DNA of 63,260 nucleotides, filler included, from Cercozoa sp. M6MM (Eukaryota; Protista; Endomyxa: Ascetosporea): NCBI GenBank assembly GCA_040357565.1. It is 9 parts of 9 records of this genome, joined end to end, with 100 filler letters (N's around TTAATTAATTAA, not from the genome) between each part and the next. Parts side by side here need not be neighbours in the genome. Positions count along the whole stretch, not along the records: positions 6,250 to 14,338 come from JBDODJ010000569.1; positions 14,439 to 18,374 come from JBDODJ010001270.1; positions 18,475 to 23,245 come from JBDODJ010001055.1; positions 23,346 to 24,563 come from JBDODJ010002109.1; positions 24,664 to 31,066 come from JBDODJ010000742.1; 4 more parts are not named here. The stretch is one strand, 5' to 3'. Positions within the stretch are counted from its first letter, which is position 1; every line of letters starts with the position of its first letter. Below, one piece after another: positions 11,624-24,691 of this stretch. A program made the position numbers and the translations under genes. The notes under the pieces were generated by a model. It searched no databases, was not told where the DNA came from, and saw only the letters and a list, made by a program, of their open reading frames with translations.

Positions 11624-13104
11624 TGGCTCAGTGGCCGCAGCACTACGCGCAGCTGCACCTGGAGCACAGTCGGCCTAGTCGGCCTCCGCCTGCTCAATGT
11701 CAACCTCCTGGCGCCAAGGTGGCCTTTTTCCTACCCTACTTTTCCTGTGACCCTATGTGTCTACCCTTGTGCAGACACAGTCAGTAACTAACGACTCCCC
11801 AACTGATCCGATCGCCGACGGAGAGGTGCACTCACTTGTAGACGTGTAAGCCGAGCTATGCGTTGGCTGTGCATGTAGACCTTCTTGTTCCATCCGACGA
11901 AACTATGCCGCCACTTTAGCAAAACTGGCCGCTGCGGTCACGGTATGCTCCTGTTTTCGCCTTTGTGTTGTTGCTCTGTTGGAAACTCTCTGGGACAGGC
12001 AAGTCTTGCGCCTTCCGTCATGGCGATGAAACTCGGAGGTATCTGAAGTTTGATGTCACCAGATATACGTTTGGATATACTCACTTATACCCTTATATAT
12101 TCGTTGATACCTGTATACCCTGTACGCATATTATCTGCCGCAGAATCCGGATGAAGCCCAACATGCCCATGTACCATCAGACTCGCGACATCGAGAACAG
12201 TCGCCGGCAGGTCAGGCGCAAGCAGGCCGAGCGAAAGCAAGCCTTGTGGCTCAAACGGTAGACTCAGCTTTCAACAGGAAAAGGAGAGAGGAACGTTATT
12301 TTGCATGCAGTGCCAGCGACGTGGTCAGCAAGGAGCGCAGTCGTGATCGGTGCCTCAATTTGTGCCTCTTATGTATTTGCTCCGTAGTCTATATCTTATT
12401 ATCACGTGTCCCTTTTGTGTGCTTCTTGTGCAGTCGACCAAACCGAGACAGTCGACGCTTTCGCGACAGAGACAGGGACCTGGCCAAGGCACCCTGGGAA
12501 ACGACTACCAGAGACAGGGCTGTCAGAGACAAGTCTTTCAGAGACCAGACTGCTGATGACGGGATTGGTAGAGACAGGACCAGCAGGGACCACGACCGCG
12601 ACAAGCTTGCCCAGGACCGAAACAGGGACACTCGAGACAGGTCCAGAGACAGGTCCAGGTCCAGGTCCAGTCGCGACAAGTCTGGTCGCGACAGGGACAG
12701 GGACAGGGACAGAGACAGGGACAGGGACAGAGACAGGGACAGGGACAGAGACAGGGACAGAGACAGGGACAGGGCGCGTGATCGTGATCGGTACACGGAC
12801 CCACCATATGACCCCCCCCCCCCCACCTCTTATGTTTCTATGTTGTAGAAGAGAGCGTGAGCGACACAGACGCCGTGTGCCCGACAGTGCGACCCCGCGC
12901 TCTGGTGTATCTTTTCTGTCCGCGCGGACAGGTGACTCGCTCATGCGACCGCGTCAGCCGCTGTCATTCGCTTTGCCGAGTCGCGTCAACTACAACAACG
13001 ACTACGGGCGGCCCTACGCTCGTCCTGTCTCACGCGAGTCGCGCGAGGCGCAGCCGCCGCCCTATCTCCAGAAAGACCGGCAGCAACGCGGCCTTCCGCG
13101 CTAA
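10606..13104 (+). CDS. CCCH zinc-finger protein with Arg-Asp/Arg-Ser low-complexity C-terminal region (probable RNA-processing factor); start uncertain
   Basis: Splicing across the 11943-11998 intron yields CRHFSKTGRCGHGKSCAFRH (C-x8-C-x5-C-x3-H, 11906-12021); RD-repeat exon ~12434-12790; TAA at 13102-13104. Confidence 0.7.
12688..12772 (+). repeat. Coding hexamer repeat (AG[A/G]GAC)n encoding poly-RD
   Basis: Directly visible. Confidence 0.9.
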
Positions 13105-13327
13105 CGTAATGAGATTCTGTAGTGCTCAAATAAAACTACTACAATTACAAACATTCTACTGTACCGCAATGGGCACTGTATTCCCCCAGGCGGATTCCGG
13201 CTGATTTGACGTCAGTTTCATGGGCGCGCGTCAGCAGCCTTAACAAAAAAGCCAGCTTGCCGTCGCACTCCTCGAATACGTAGTATTGTTCCACCTAGTA
13301 GTGCATAGACACGCCACTTGCCGCCGC

Positions 13328-14267
13328 ATGTTCGCCCGATCGCTGCAACGACGCCTGGCTTCCGTAAAATTTTGAAACGTTCATCTTCTGTTTCTTCCAA
13401 AACGCTGGCACTTTGCTGTCTGGCAGGTTGCCCGACGCGATAAGAGCAAGCTCTACGAAAGCGCCGATGTCGCGATCGCGCAGGCTGGCCTTCAGGACGG
13501 CCAGACGGTATGACTCGTGGCGTTTCAGTGGAGTGGAGCGGTCAAGGCCATCTGACTTGTGCGTATGTGACAGGTGCTGTGTGGCGGTTTCGGTCTCTGC
13601 GGAATCCCGCAGGCCCTGATCGAGGCGGTGCAGCGCACGGGCGTCAAGGATCTCACTGTTGTCAGCAACAACTGCGGTATCTCCTTGCAGACTGGGTGTG
13701 CATGGCATGGAATGTCAACTGTCCTAATTGGTGCAGGCGTGGGTAACCCGGAGCCCTACGGTCTCGGCGTGTTGCTACAGACGCGTCAGATTTCGCGCAT
13801 GATTTCTTCCTACGTCGTACTGTCGTTTCTTTATTCTGTGATTTCCTAAATACTCCCACACACAGGGCGAGAACGACGAGTTCGAGCGTCAGTACAAGGA
13901 GGGCGAGCTCGCTGTCGAGCTCACGCCGCAGGGCACGCTGGCCGAGCGGCTGCGTGCTGGTGGTAGCCCTTCTTTGTGCCTTTTCCCTCGGTTCCCCGTA
14001 CCTTTCTATATCCTTCCTCCTACAGGTGCTGGTATCCCGGCCTTCTTCACGCCGACGGCGGCCGGTACCGTCATCCAGGAGGGTGGCTTCCCGGTGAAGT
14101 ACGTCGAGGGCTCTGACGAGGTAGCCTGTCACCCTCGCCGCTACATTACTTTACCCCTAACCCCCTTTACCCCGTTTATCCCCCAGGTTGAGGAGGAGTC
14201 CAAGCCGCGCGAAACGCGTGAGTACGACGGCCGCCAGTACGTGCTGGAGGAGGCCATCAAGGGCGAG
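13328..14267 (+). CDS. OXCT1: Succinyl-CoA:3-oxoacid CoA-transferase (SCOT family), mitochondrial; 3' part lost at contig end
   Basis: Exons give [12 protein letters not shown] (presequence-like), [54 protein letters not shown]. Confidence 0.9.
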
Positions 14268-14270
14268 GTG

Positions 14271-14338
<68 letters not shown>

Positions 14339-14438
14339 NNNNNNNNNNNNNNNNNNNNNNNNNNNNNNNNNNNNNNNNNNNNTTAATTAATTAANNNNNN
14401 NNNNNNNNNNNNNNNNNNNNNNNNNNNNNNNNNNNNNN
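14339..14438. other. Artificial contig-joining spacer
   Basis: N44-TTAATTAATTAA-N44. Confidence 0.97.
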
Positions 14439-14487
<49 letters not shown>

Positions 14488-14500
14488 TCTGTCCCTCCCA

Positions 14501-17397
14501 GAGTCACTGATATCGGTGGCAACTTGTGATACTGCGTCGGCTGGTTTTGATAGCACTGGGCGCATTTACTTGTGGTACGTCTATGCACTTGTGTTGTTGC
14601 ACTTGTGTCGATGCACTTCTGGGGTTGCGCAGGGGTGACGCTCTCGGACATCACTTCTCGTCCCCGACAGTTGTTGCCACTGTGTGGTACTAGCTGGCTG
14701 CTTTCACTGCTGGTGCTGTGTCGTTGCGTGATGCCTGCCTACCTGCCTACCTGCCTACCTGCCTACCTGCCTAGCGGAGGCACACCGCCTGCGGACATGG
14801 CCGTTTCTGCCACTGCCATTGTACCGCCTGCGTTGTCGATAGCTCACAACGCAGAGGATGTACTCTTTCGTGTGTGCCCGTCTTTGTGTGTAGGCAATCA
14901 AAACCGCGGAACGAGAGATGCTGCTGATATCGCAATACACCAGTGGTCGTCCTAGTGTACCCTTCTGTCTCTGTTTCTCTCTCTCTCTCTCTCTCTCTCA
15001 GATGTTGTATGTTGTATATTGTAACTGTCAGTGTCTGGCCGACACGGAGTTTGGATTGTTCGCGCGTCATCTGCCGCGCCTCTCTGTTGACGAGTTCGCC
15101 ATCGATGAGCTGCGACTCGTAGCCTCTCTGCACTACGCCCTTGTGTTGGTCTACCTTCCCCTTTTGTTTGACGGCACAGGTTATGAGTTCCGATGCTGCC
15201 CTCTACGAACTCAGACTGACCGAACGTACGCCGCGACGCCTTCCGTTCTCTGTAGTTCTATCATCTTCTTCTTTGCCCTCTTCATCCCTTCACACACACA
15301 CACACACGCACGCACACACACACACGTACGCGCACACACAAACACATACGCAGGTGGACGTGAGTCAGATCGTGCTGACTGAGACGTCGATTCTCGTGCT
15401 GTCGCATCACGGCAAAGTGTATCCCAACTGTGTCCAACTGTCTCCACCAGGATTTACCCCCCTCCCCCATCTGTGTTTTCCCAGGTACCAGAAGCGCAAG
15501 GACGCCGATTTCGAACGCTTGCGTTTCCACTGGCACAAGTACACTTTGTTCTTTGAATTACAACCCTTCCTGCATGTGTGTGTGTGTGTATGTGTGTGTG
15601 TGTGTGTCTGTGTGTGTGTCTGTGTGTGTGTGTGTGTGTGTATGCGTGACCCTTGGTGACAGAGAGGGAAGGAAGGTGCGGAAAAGTAAGTCGCTTCTGG
15701 CGTCGAGGTTGGCCGCCAACGACATGCGAATCGTCTTTGTTCAGAAACGTCGTCGCTGCATGCACGACACCGGTGGGCCTGCTTTGCCCTGCACCTCTTA
15801 TCCTTGTCCTCTTTACCCCTTTGCCCCTTGTACCCCCGTCCCCATGTCTTTGCACAGAGGTGGAGGCAGGAAGTGTGTTTGAATTCGACGCGGTTCGACG
15901 ACAGACGCGCCGCGTCGCCCACGCCGGCGGACTGCAGGGTAAGCACACGCCGCCCTTCGACATATCTCTACTAGTATCTGGTATCTGGGTCTGCAGGCGC
16001 CGTCGACGTGTGTGTGACAAAGCACTTTTCGGCTGCAGTCGATACGTGCGGACATGTCCGATGGTATCACTGGACTGTGTATACTGAGTGTCTATGAGTG
16101 TATGTATGTTATTTTGGCTACAGTTGGGGTGCCAAGCTGCCGTTTAAGTCTTGTGTCAGGACTGTTCGCAGAGGGCACGTCACTGTCGGTAAAAGGACTG
16201 ATGCTCCGCCTCTCCACTGAGGAAGTGTTGTACCTCCCTCTGCCTCCAGGCGTGTCGCTGATGCCGTCGGCAGGCGCCTGTGTCGCACTGAAAGCTGCGT
16301 CGCAACATGTGCTACTCCGTACGCGTGCCGTGCTGCCTGCGCGTACTGTGTTTATCTCCCGGGAAAGGGCTGTCTTGTCTGTGTCCGTGTCTGTCTGACT
16401 GAATCAGAGGAACAGTGGTTGCTGTAGCCACCGATAGCCAGGTAGAGTCGCTGCAGCGACGCTGTGCCGCGGCGACCATGACTCGTCTGCTGCCGCACCA
16501 AGGTACGGTCTTCACTCCTCCTGCTCTGTTTATATCTGGTGTCCGTGTTTGTACCACAGTTGTCCCTGCTCTCGCCTTTGCCGAACAGCACGAGCGACAC
16601 AATGTAGTCATCACTAGACCAGATTTTTAGTGCCTAGTTTACAGTGTTGTCTTGATGCAGCGACCGCTGCTGCAATGGTGCTGCACCGCCGTCGCCAACA
16701 AGTAGGCCTCTGAAATGCAAACCCTTGTCTGTCTGTCTGTCTGTCTGTCTGAATGTCTGTTTTTACATGAGATGTACTGCCTTCCCTTCCCAGCGCGTCG
16801 ATGCTGCTAAAGAAAGCGCTGCTACGACTCGACGATGGCGCTGTTGCTGTGCTTGAAACTGTGTGCCGTCAACTGTACCTCCATGCTTTTTCCCACCTCC
16901 ATGACTCCCACTGCCTTTATTTTCCAGGTGGCCGAAGCCGTATTTCGTAGCACAAGAACGACCGGATTTACGGCGCACGGGAGCACCGTTCGACGTATGG
17001 AATATGCCTCCCTAGCACTTGTTTTTTGTGTCTTCTTACAAGGTGTTTGGTCGCTGCAGGTGAGGTATGCCATTCAGGTGGCACGTGGCGACGTAGAGAT
17101 GGTACTCAGTGTCTTGTCTTCCCTTGTACTACTGTGGTAGAATTACTCGTGTCCATGCGTACTTGTGTGTACAGTTACAGAACATCGCGTGTCGTGTCGC
17201 ACGGTATTGCTTCATTGCTTGTTTAGTTCTTTAGCCTTCTTAGCACTCCCTCTTTTCGATAGACGTATGCGCACGCTACGCAAGAAGTTGCAGCAGATTG
17301 CGTTGCTCGAGAGTCAGCACGTCTCGCTGAACGCGAGTCAGCGAAACAAGCTGCTGTCCAAGGTACTGGACCCTCTTTCGGTCATTGTATCCGTGTA

Positions 17398-17493
<96 letters not shown>

Positions 17494-18270
17494 TGTGTGT
17501 GTGTGTGTGTATTTGTACTTGTGTGTCCCTAGTACGACGCAGTGCAGGAATTGTGTGAGCTGGATACCTTCGCGACGCAGCTGCCAGAGGTGAAAGTTGT
17601 CCCTGCAAACGCAACACCTGTCCAGGTGACACACCTGTTTTCGTTCTGCCTGCTATCTTGCCCTGTGGTGAGATGTTATTTCTATGTGTGTCTGAAGGCA
17701 CCTTCGGTGAGTCCCGTTAATCAAACACCGATGCACACGCCGATGCACTCGCCGACACACACGTCGGTGCACACACCGACCGTCTCATCAAGTAAGAAGA
17801 TACACCGGCGGCGACGACGACGTCGTTCTTCTGGTAGGAACGGAATTTCTGTTCTTGCCTTATGCGCATACCTGGGACGGGACAAGACGCACTCTGTGCC
17901 GTGCCTACAGGACCCCAGCCAGTGCCAGAGATTTCGAGTGTGCTCAAGTCGCCGAAACGGCGCGCTGCTGGCATGGACGCGACGAGCAATGTACGGCATG
18001 CACGTGTGCCTCACTTTTCAAGCACTGACTTGTTTGCTCGCTCTTTAGGACAAGATGCCGGCCTTGGTCTTGCCTCCAACGGCACCATTGTCCAACAGCG
18101 ACGACAGTCGTGATGCCACTGGGAGCAGAAGGCGCGACGAAAACGACAGCAGCAGTTGCGACAGCAACGTCAGTCGCAGTATCTCCAGTATTCAAGAGCG
18201 ACGTGGGTGGTCTCAGTTGTCTGCGTCGCCAGCTGCGTCGCCTGTGTCTCACTCATTGCGCTCTATCATG
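14501..18270 (+). CDS. IBTK-like protein (RCC1-like repeats, BTB/BACK-like helices, LRKKLxQI coiled coil); internal fragment
   Basis: Exons encode ISVATCDTASAGFDSTGRIYLW (RCC1-like blade), ALAFAEQH...LLQWCCTAVAN (BACK-like), RMRTLRKKLQQIALLE...LNASQRNKL (17263-17361) and W...SPVSHSLRSIM, the order recalled for IBTK/Btb1 and plant ankyrin-RCC1 proteins. Confidence 0.55.
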
Positions 18271-18315
18271 GTATACACTATGAAACATCATGTGTACTCG
18301 CTACCAGTAGGCTAT

Positions 18316-18374
<59 letters not shown>

Positions 18375-18474
18375 NNNNNNNNNNNNNNNNNNNNNNNNNN
18401 NNNNNNNNNNNNNNNNNNTTAATTAATTAANNNNNNNNNNNNNNNNNNNNNNNNNNNNNNNNNNNNNNNNNNNN
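18375..18474. other. Artificial contig-joining spacer
   Basis: N44-TTAATTAATTAA-N44. Confidence 0.97.
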
Positions 18475-18531
<57 letters not shown>

Positions 18532-18552
18532 AAGAAAGAGAGAGAGACGTAC

Positions 18553-19233
18553 CAGCCACCTTGGGCTCGGTCGAGGCGTGCTTGGCCTGCAACTCGGCAT
18601 CATGCACGGCATCGAGCGAGTCAAAGTTCGCAAGCGCCGTCAAAAAGTCGCGCTTTGACGGTGGCCAGCCTGCGCAATGCAGAGGATACCCGGGTACACA
18701 AGACAACGCACGGCGGCAGTGTGAGTGCGTACCGATGTGGTGCGAGTTGCGTCGCGGCAGGTTGTTGCCGCTGGAGTCACCGGGCACGTTGCCGTTGCCA
18801 GTGTTGCCGTTGCTGTTGTTGTTGGTGTGAATCATCTTGTGGATCTCGTGGTAGGCGCGGTAGCCAATCTCGCTGACGAGCTCGCCCTGATAAACAAAAG
18901 AGAGCATCTAGTTTACAAGGTCTGTTTGTGGAGGGTCTCGCACCAGCATGGACGATAGGTACTTCATCGACGAGGTACGAGTCTTTTTTACACTGCAACA
19001 CAGATGTATTTGGATACGTCTAGATAAATACAAAGAGAGGGGGTACATGTCGTCGTTGCGATCGCTGTTGCAGCCGGTGTCGCTGCCACTGCCGATTGGA
19101 GCACCATCTTCGGGCAGCTCCAACTCGGCGCGCTCGGTCGAGTACAAAAAGTGCCGCAGTGTCTTGAGAATCTGCATCGCACAACACATACACACACGCA
19201 CACACAAACACAAACACACGAACACAAACACAA

Positions 19234-19264
<31 letters not shown>

Positions 19265-20095
19265 AACACACACACACACACACAAACACAAACACACACA
19301 CACCCGCGCGCGGGTCAGATAAGACAAACGCACCTGTCGCGTCAGTTCTTCGTCGTCAGCAGTCAGCATCGACAGCATCTGATGTAAGCACAGACACTAA
19401 ATGAGACAGCTCAGGGAGGGCACCAAACGGCAGCTACCTTGCGAAAGCCATCCAACTGTCGCACTGCATCGGCGTCTTCCTTCCTGTGTCCGTGTGTGTG
19501 TACACATAGTGTGTTGTTGATACCAGAGGTAGTATACCGGCCAATGGCGCCAATGTGCGCCAGAATCTGCAGCAAGATTCGCTTGCCCTCGCGCGATTCG
19601 ATCTTGTCCAGACTGCTCATAGTATGCAACATACGCGATGTAGACTAGCGTACACAGAGGGAATAAAGACAAAGCACAGGACAATGACACGGCGCCACAA
19701 CTCGCCCGTCTGCTTGGACCGCGAGTAGCGCGCGTCACGCAGAATGATTTCGGTCACCTTCAGTGCAGCCACCGTCGCCTCTTGGTTCTGCAGGAAAGTG
19801 TACGCATAATACACAACTGTTCCTCTGGGGGCATGCAGTACACTTGTGCTTTCGTCTAGAGCAAACTCGACGCAGCGACGCAGCCAGACGGAGCAGTCAC
19901 CAAACACCTAAGCAACACCGCAGATACAGACACTTCGTCCAGCAATATAGTGACACCTCCTCGTCCTACCTTGTCGATGGCAACTGTGCCGAGTGATCGC
20001 GGCGATGGCAGAAACTGCGATGCCATCGCGAAGAACGCCGATGCAAACCTCAGCAATGCCTGCAACTCGAATGCACGTCAGCACAGATCAAGTTT

Positions 20096-20147
<52 letters not shown>

Positions 20148-20345
20148 ACGCGCGCGCGCACACATAGACGGCATACCTTGGCGGAATCATCGGGCGACTC
20201 GCTAAAGTTGTGGCCTGCAAAGTCGTCACCTGTCAAAAACAATGATCAAGTATGCTTAAAGGCGGGGGGGGTGGTTGTGCACACCGAGCGCCTTCACACG
20301 TCGGTACGATTTATGCAGATTGTAGCGTCGCCGTAGCGACTCCAT
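18553..20345 (-). CDS. 5' part of a large helical (ARM-like) hypothetical protein
   Basis: ATG at 20345 (MESLRRRYNLHK); successive GT-AG exons such as VAALKVTEIILRD, KRILLQILAHIGAI, VRQLDGFRK-MLSML, ILKTLRHFL; runs off the contig. Confidence 0.55.
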
Positions 20346-20937
20346 CTGCCGCTTGCTCTAGTAAAAATACAACAAGCACGCTCCCACACACACAATCTAA
20401 AGTGACTAACAGCGACAAACAATAAAATCGGTCGCAGTTGGAGCGCTGAGTCAATTTAAAAGAAAAATAGTCTTTTTGCCAGCAGCAACTGCTAATGCAG
20501 GTTTCCTAAGTCAGGTCTGGTTGGGTTTGACAGGCGAAAGCCTGGTTTTCATTGCCGAGGCTCGAGGGTCTACTTTTTTTCAAGCTACTTTTCGCTTCAA
20601 CTTGAGGACAGCTGCTTACCTTGCAAAAAGGTAGAAAATCGCAGGAAAATAAAACACTCTATCTCTTAAATTTACTGGTGGGTGTAGCGGATTGATACCA
20701 TTTGACCAGAACCAAAAGTACTTTGACACATCCATTCGTCGGAGCGCGCTATGACCAGGACAAAACATGTGAAACAGCTACCGAGCTGCAGTTGCTGTTC
20801 GCTCCGATTGACAATAACATCGACACCACAGTACAGTCCTCCCAATTAGATCTGTCGTCGTGTGTACTGTTGTGTAAACAGTGCTTTAATTCGCTCTCAG
20901 TTCTGTGGGTACTGTATCGCCACAGGTTGGTCTACGA

Positions 20938-22512
20938 TCAACCTTCTTGCACGCCGAGCAAACGCTAGAGAAACCAGGTTGTTCAGGATCATCAATGAGA
21001 CAACGCAATAAAAGTCGAAATACTGCGATCTTTTGCCGTTGTTGCGCAAGCTCTTGTTGATGGACCTCGTCTCGGAGACGCGTGAACAAGTCAATTTTCG
21101 CGCGATACTTTGCTTCCTTTTCGGTGAGAAGCATGATAGATTGCTCGAGTGACTCGACGCGCTCTTTCATTTCTTCAAAGTCACTGCAGTCTGCAGCAAA
21201 TCCCTGTTGGTGCTGGGCTTCGGCCGTCTGCTGTCGTAGCTTATCACACGCGCGCTTGTCTTTGGTCAGTTTTGTTCTGTCATTAAAAGTGCGCGCTGAG
21301 AATACTGCTGTATCGTAAAGTGACAGGGTGTACTTTTTGTGCCGGACTTCGCTTTCGATTTGAACGAGCTCTTTTTTAAGAACCTTTCGTTGCCGCTCAA
21401 TGTATCGCGTCTTTTCACGCACATGACTGATAATGTGGACATTGGTTGACGACTTTTTCTTCAGCTTGGATATGTCATCTGTTCGCTCTTCAATCTTTTC
21501 GTTGAGAGTTTGATTTTCAATTCGTAGCTACAAACATGTCAAAACCTGCTACTTCCTATTGCAAATTCAATTGTTTTCATACCTGCTCAAAGTTGATGAG
21601 ATGCAACCCTTCGGCAACCATATCTTGTTGCGCGATTTTGTGATGCAGCTTCTTGAATTGTATCTGCAGCGCGACTGTCTTCAGTCTGATCTCCGACAGT
21701 GCTTCTTCTTTTTCGTCTTCGAGAGTTTCAAGCTGCAAAACACGACGGGACGGCAGTGTTCGACCTGTTTTGGGGTTTGCCGCTGTTCGCAAAATCTCAC
21801 GCTTAAAAGCTTTGAATGCCATTTTCAGTTCATTGCGCTTCGCTTCCATGCTTGCGAGTTCGGAAGACAGTGCTTCGATCTCTTGCGTAGAGTCGTTTTG
21901 CAGTTCGCTGAGTGCGTCATGGACTGCGCAGACGCCCCCCAAGGCAGCTGTATAATCTGCTTCCTCGGATTTGTCGCTTTGTTGGAGAAACGGCAAGGCA
22001 GGTCGAGCGCGCTCTTCTGCCGTTTGATTTTTGGCTGACATACTATGCGATGAAAGAACTTCCTCCGATACGTAGGACTTTGGGTCACGGTTGTGAATTG
22101 TTTCAAGGAGTATGATGTTGTGTTTTCGGAGACGCAGTCCTTGAGCTCGAGCTTGATTTAGCGCATGTTGGATGTCTTTGTATTGTTGCAAGAGTTGTCG
22201 CTTTTCTTCGGGAACTTCATCTTCGCCTTGCGACGCGCGATGGCTTTTTTTAGAATTCACAGCATCTGTGTCCGACCTTTCGTTCACTGCAATGGGATGT
22301 TCGTTTCCTTTAGCTCCGCGAGTAATTTCATCCCTCCTTTCTGTTTTGTCGCTACCTCGCACGAGTACTTCGTTTTGAGTCTCGATGGAGGACACAGGAA
22401 CTTCCTCCACTGATCGGACACTCATTGGAGCTTTTACCGCATGAAACTTCAGTTGTCGCTGACTGTTTAAGCTTTGATTCATATCAGAGAGAGTTCTCAA
22501 TTTACTTCGCAT
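20938..22512 (-). CDS. CCDC96: Coiled-coil domain-containing protein 96 (CFAP184, DUF4201), ciliary
   Basis: EGLHLINFEQ|LRIENQTLNEKIEERTDDISKLKKK...HIISHVREK matches the CCDC96 signature (EGLHLIDFEQLKIENQTFNEKIEERNEEL). The start may lie further upstream; stop at 20938 (spliced) or 20886 (unspliced). Confidence 0.85.
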
Positions 22513-23120
22513 CCTCGCGGATGTCTTAAAACTGCGAAAAAGGGACCAGAATGCGACCGCTGTTCAAGAGTGGAAGGCCCGTTTTGCTGTGAGGCTCGCG
22601 CTTTGGGAGAACTATCAAATGGTTGTTGCGAGCTCAGAGTCTTCTCTCCAAGCGAACGGCGCAGGAATCTCAGTGAAGGTTTTAGCTCTTTGCTAGGAGG
22701 TCATCGAATTGCTTCACCTTTCAGGCGTGAATTTACATCAATGCAGTACATTTACATGGTCTTTGTAACGCAAGCAGGTATCGACAGTGCCCTTCCCATA
22801 TGTTCCTCCAAAGGTATTATTTGCATTACGCGCTTCCCTGACGTACGCTTGTTTTTATCACGGAATAACGCAGTTTGGCTGCGATCGCAAGTCACTCCCA
22901 CACCCGGTTCATGTAAGTTTAACATGTTTCAATTTTTATTGTAAAACTTAAGTTTACTGAGGCTACAGTAAAGATTAAATTCACTAACAATGATCTCAGA
23001 CATTCACCGACAGACACGCGGGCACAGAGGAACACACGGCACTGAACGAACGTGTTGGAAAATGCACCCTAGAGCAGCTTCGGTAAATTAAACTTAAACG
23101 CGAGCGTGTGAGTGCATCTG

Positions 23121-23245
<125 letters not shown>

Positions 23246-23345
23246 NNNNNNNNNNNNNNNNNNNNNNNNNNNNNNNNNNNNNNNNNNNNTTAATTAATTA
23301 ANNNNNNNNNNNNNNNNNNNNNNNNNNNNNNNNNNNNNNNNNNNN
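23246..23345. other. Artificial contig-joining spacer
   Basis: N44-TTAATTAATTAA-N44. Confidence 0.97.
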
Positions 23346-24378
23346 ATGCAACCAGGACTCCGGTTTGTGGCCTACGAGGCCAAGATCGACAACTTCTCGC
23401 TGCTGCGGTATGCTAGTTTTGCGCCTCCTGCCTCCCTACCCTATCCCTACCGGCTTTCCCTACCCTATCCCCATTGCCTGTCCGCTGCCCGTATCTCTAT
23501 CATTGGTAACCACAGCGACGTGCTCCAAAACGCCGTGGCCGTGGCCGATCCGCACGTGGACGCGCACGCCTTCTGCCGCACACTCTTTTCGGCCGAGATC
23601 GAGATCCAACAGATTCAGAACAACCTGTCGCAGCACTTGGTTTGTTCCCCGATGACTTGTAGTCTCCGCACACTGTTTTCTGTATAGTGTGTGTCTATGT
23701 GTGCCTCCTGTACAGAGCTACGTTCATGCAATCAAAAAGCCCAAAGTCTCCAAGAAGGGTACGTGAGGCACAGTTGACGGTTCTATTCTATCTGTGAGGT
23801 GTATGTATAGGCTTTGGCAAGGTGAGTCTCGCCATGCAGTCGCTCGGACACTCTCTGGTCAAGAAGGCCACGCGTGCCACGGCGTCCAAGAAACTGTGAG
23901 TTACACCTGCAGTGTGTATGTGTACACCAGGCAGAGGGATACACAAGGGTGTGTTGTAGTGCCAACAACGACGTTTACGTCGAGTTGCTGAGTGACATCT
24001 GCGAGTCCTCCGACGCCTTCTCGCAGTGGTACGCCCAGCTGCACCACCGACAGGAGCACAGTGCACAGTCACTGCCCGAGGTCGATTCCTGCGTACCGCT
24101 GCATTCTATTCTAAGCCATGCATCCACACCCGACCACAACGCCTTCCTTGCTTTCGACAGGTCGAGATCCTGCAGCGCATGGCGCGCGCGCTCGACTTTT
24201 TCGCACGCATTCTCGTCGAAGATCTCAAGCTCGCGCTTTCGCGGTATAGACACTCTATTTGTCTCCTCTGTGTACACGGGACTCTGTGACACTCTGCAGA
24301 TACGTCAAACACTGTCGTCGCGATCTCGCCTTTACCCAGAAGCGCAGTCATAAGAAGGCCGATCGACGTGCTCAGTGA
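23346..24378 (+). CDS. 3' part of a conserved-looking helical protein, resembling the C-terminal region of uncharacterised MIT-domain proteins
   Basis: Exons splice to LRFVAYEAKIDNFSLL...EIQQIQNNLSQHL...YVELLSDICE...ALDFFARILVEDLKLALSRYVK...AQ*; family resemblance is from memory only. Confidence 0.5.
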
Positions 24379-24514
24379 CCGGCCGACTGGGCCGGACCTG
24401 ACCTGCCGCGCATGGCGCAAGGAAACAAGCTTAAGTAGTAAATTGATCACGTCGCGACATACGATGATAGCGCGTTGCATATTTGTTTGTTGTTTCAGTT
24501 TATGACTATTGTAA

Positions 24515-24563
<49 letters not shown>

Positions 24564-24663
24564 NNNNNNNNNNNNNNNNNNNNNNNNNNNNNNNNNNNNN
24601 NNNNNNNTTAATTAATTAANNNNNNNNNNNNNNNNNNNNNNNNNNNNNNNNNNNNNNNNNNNN
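24564..24663. other. Artificial contig-joining spacer
   Basis: N44-TTAATTAATTAA-N44. Confidence 0.97.
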
Positions 24664-24691
24664 TTGGGGGGGGGGGAGGGGGTAAAACTAC

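Noticed and set aside
12389-12944. Overlapping ORFs in several frames (TGTE, SLSL, VPVS, CPCP repeats)
   Set aside because: The hexamer repeat has no stops in any frame; only the RD frame splices into the gene
20531-20580. CAGGC-GAAA-GCCTG hairpin followed by T7 as a terminator or Pol III RNA
   Set aside because: Single 5-bp stem about 30 nt from the T run in a eukaryotic intergenic region; no other support
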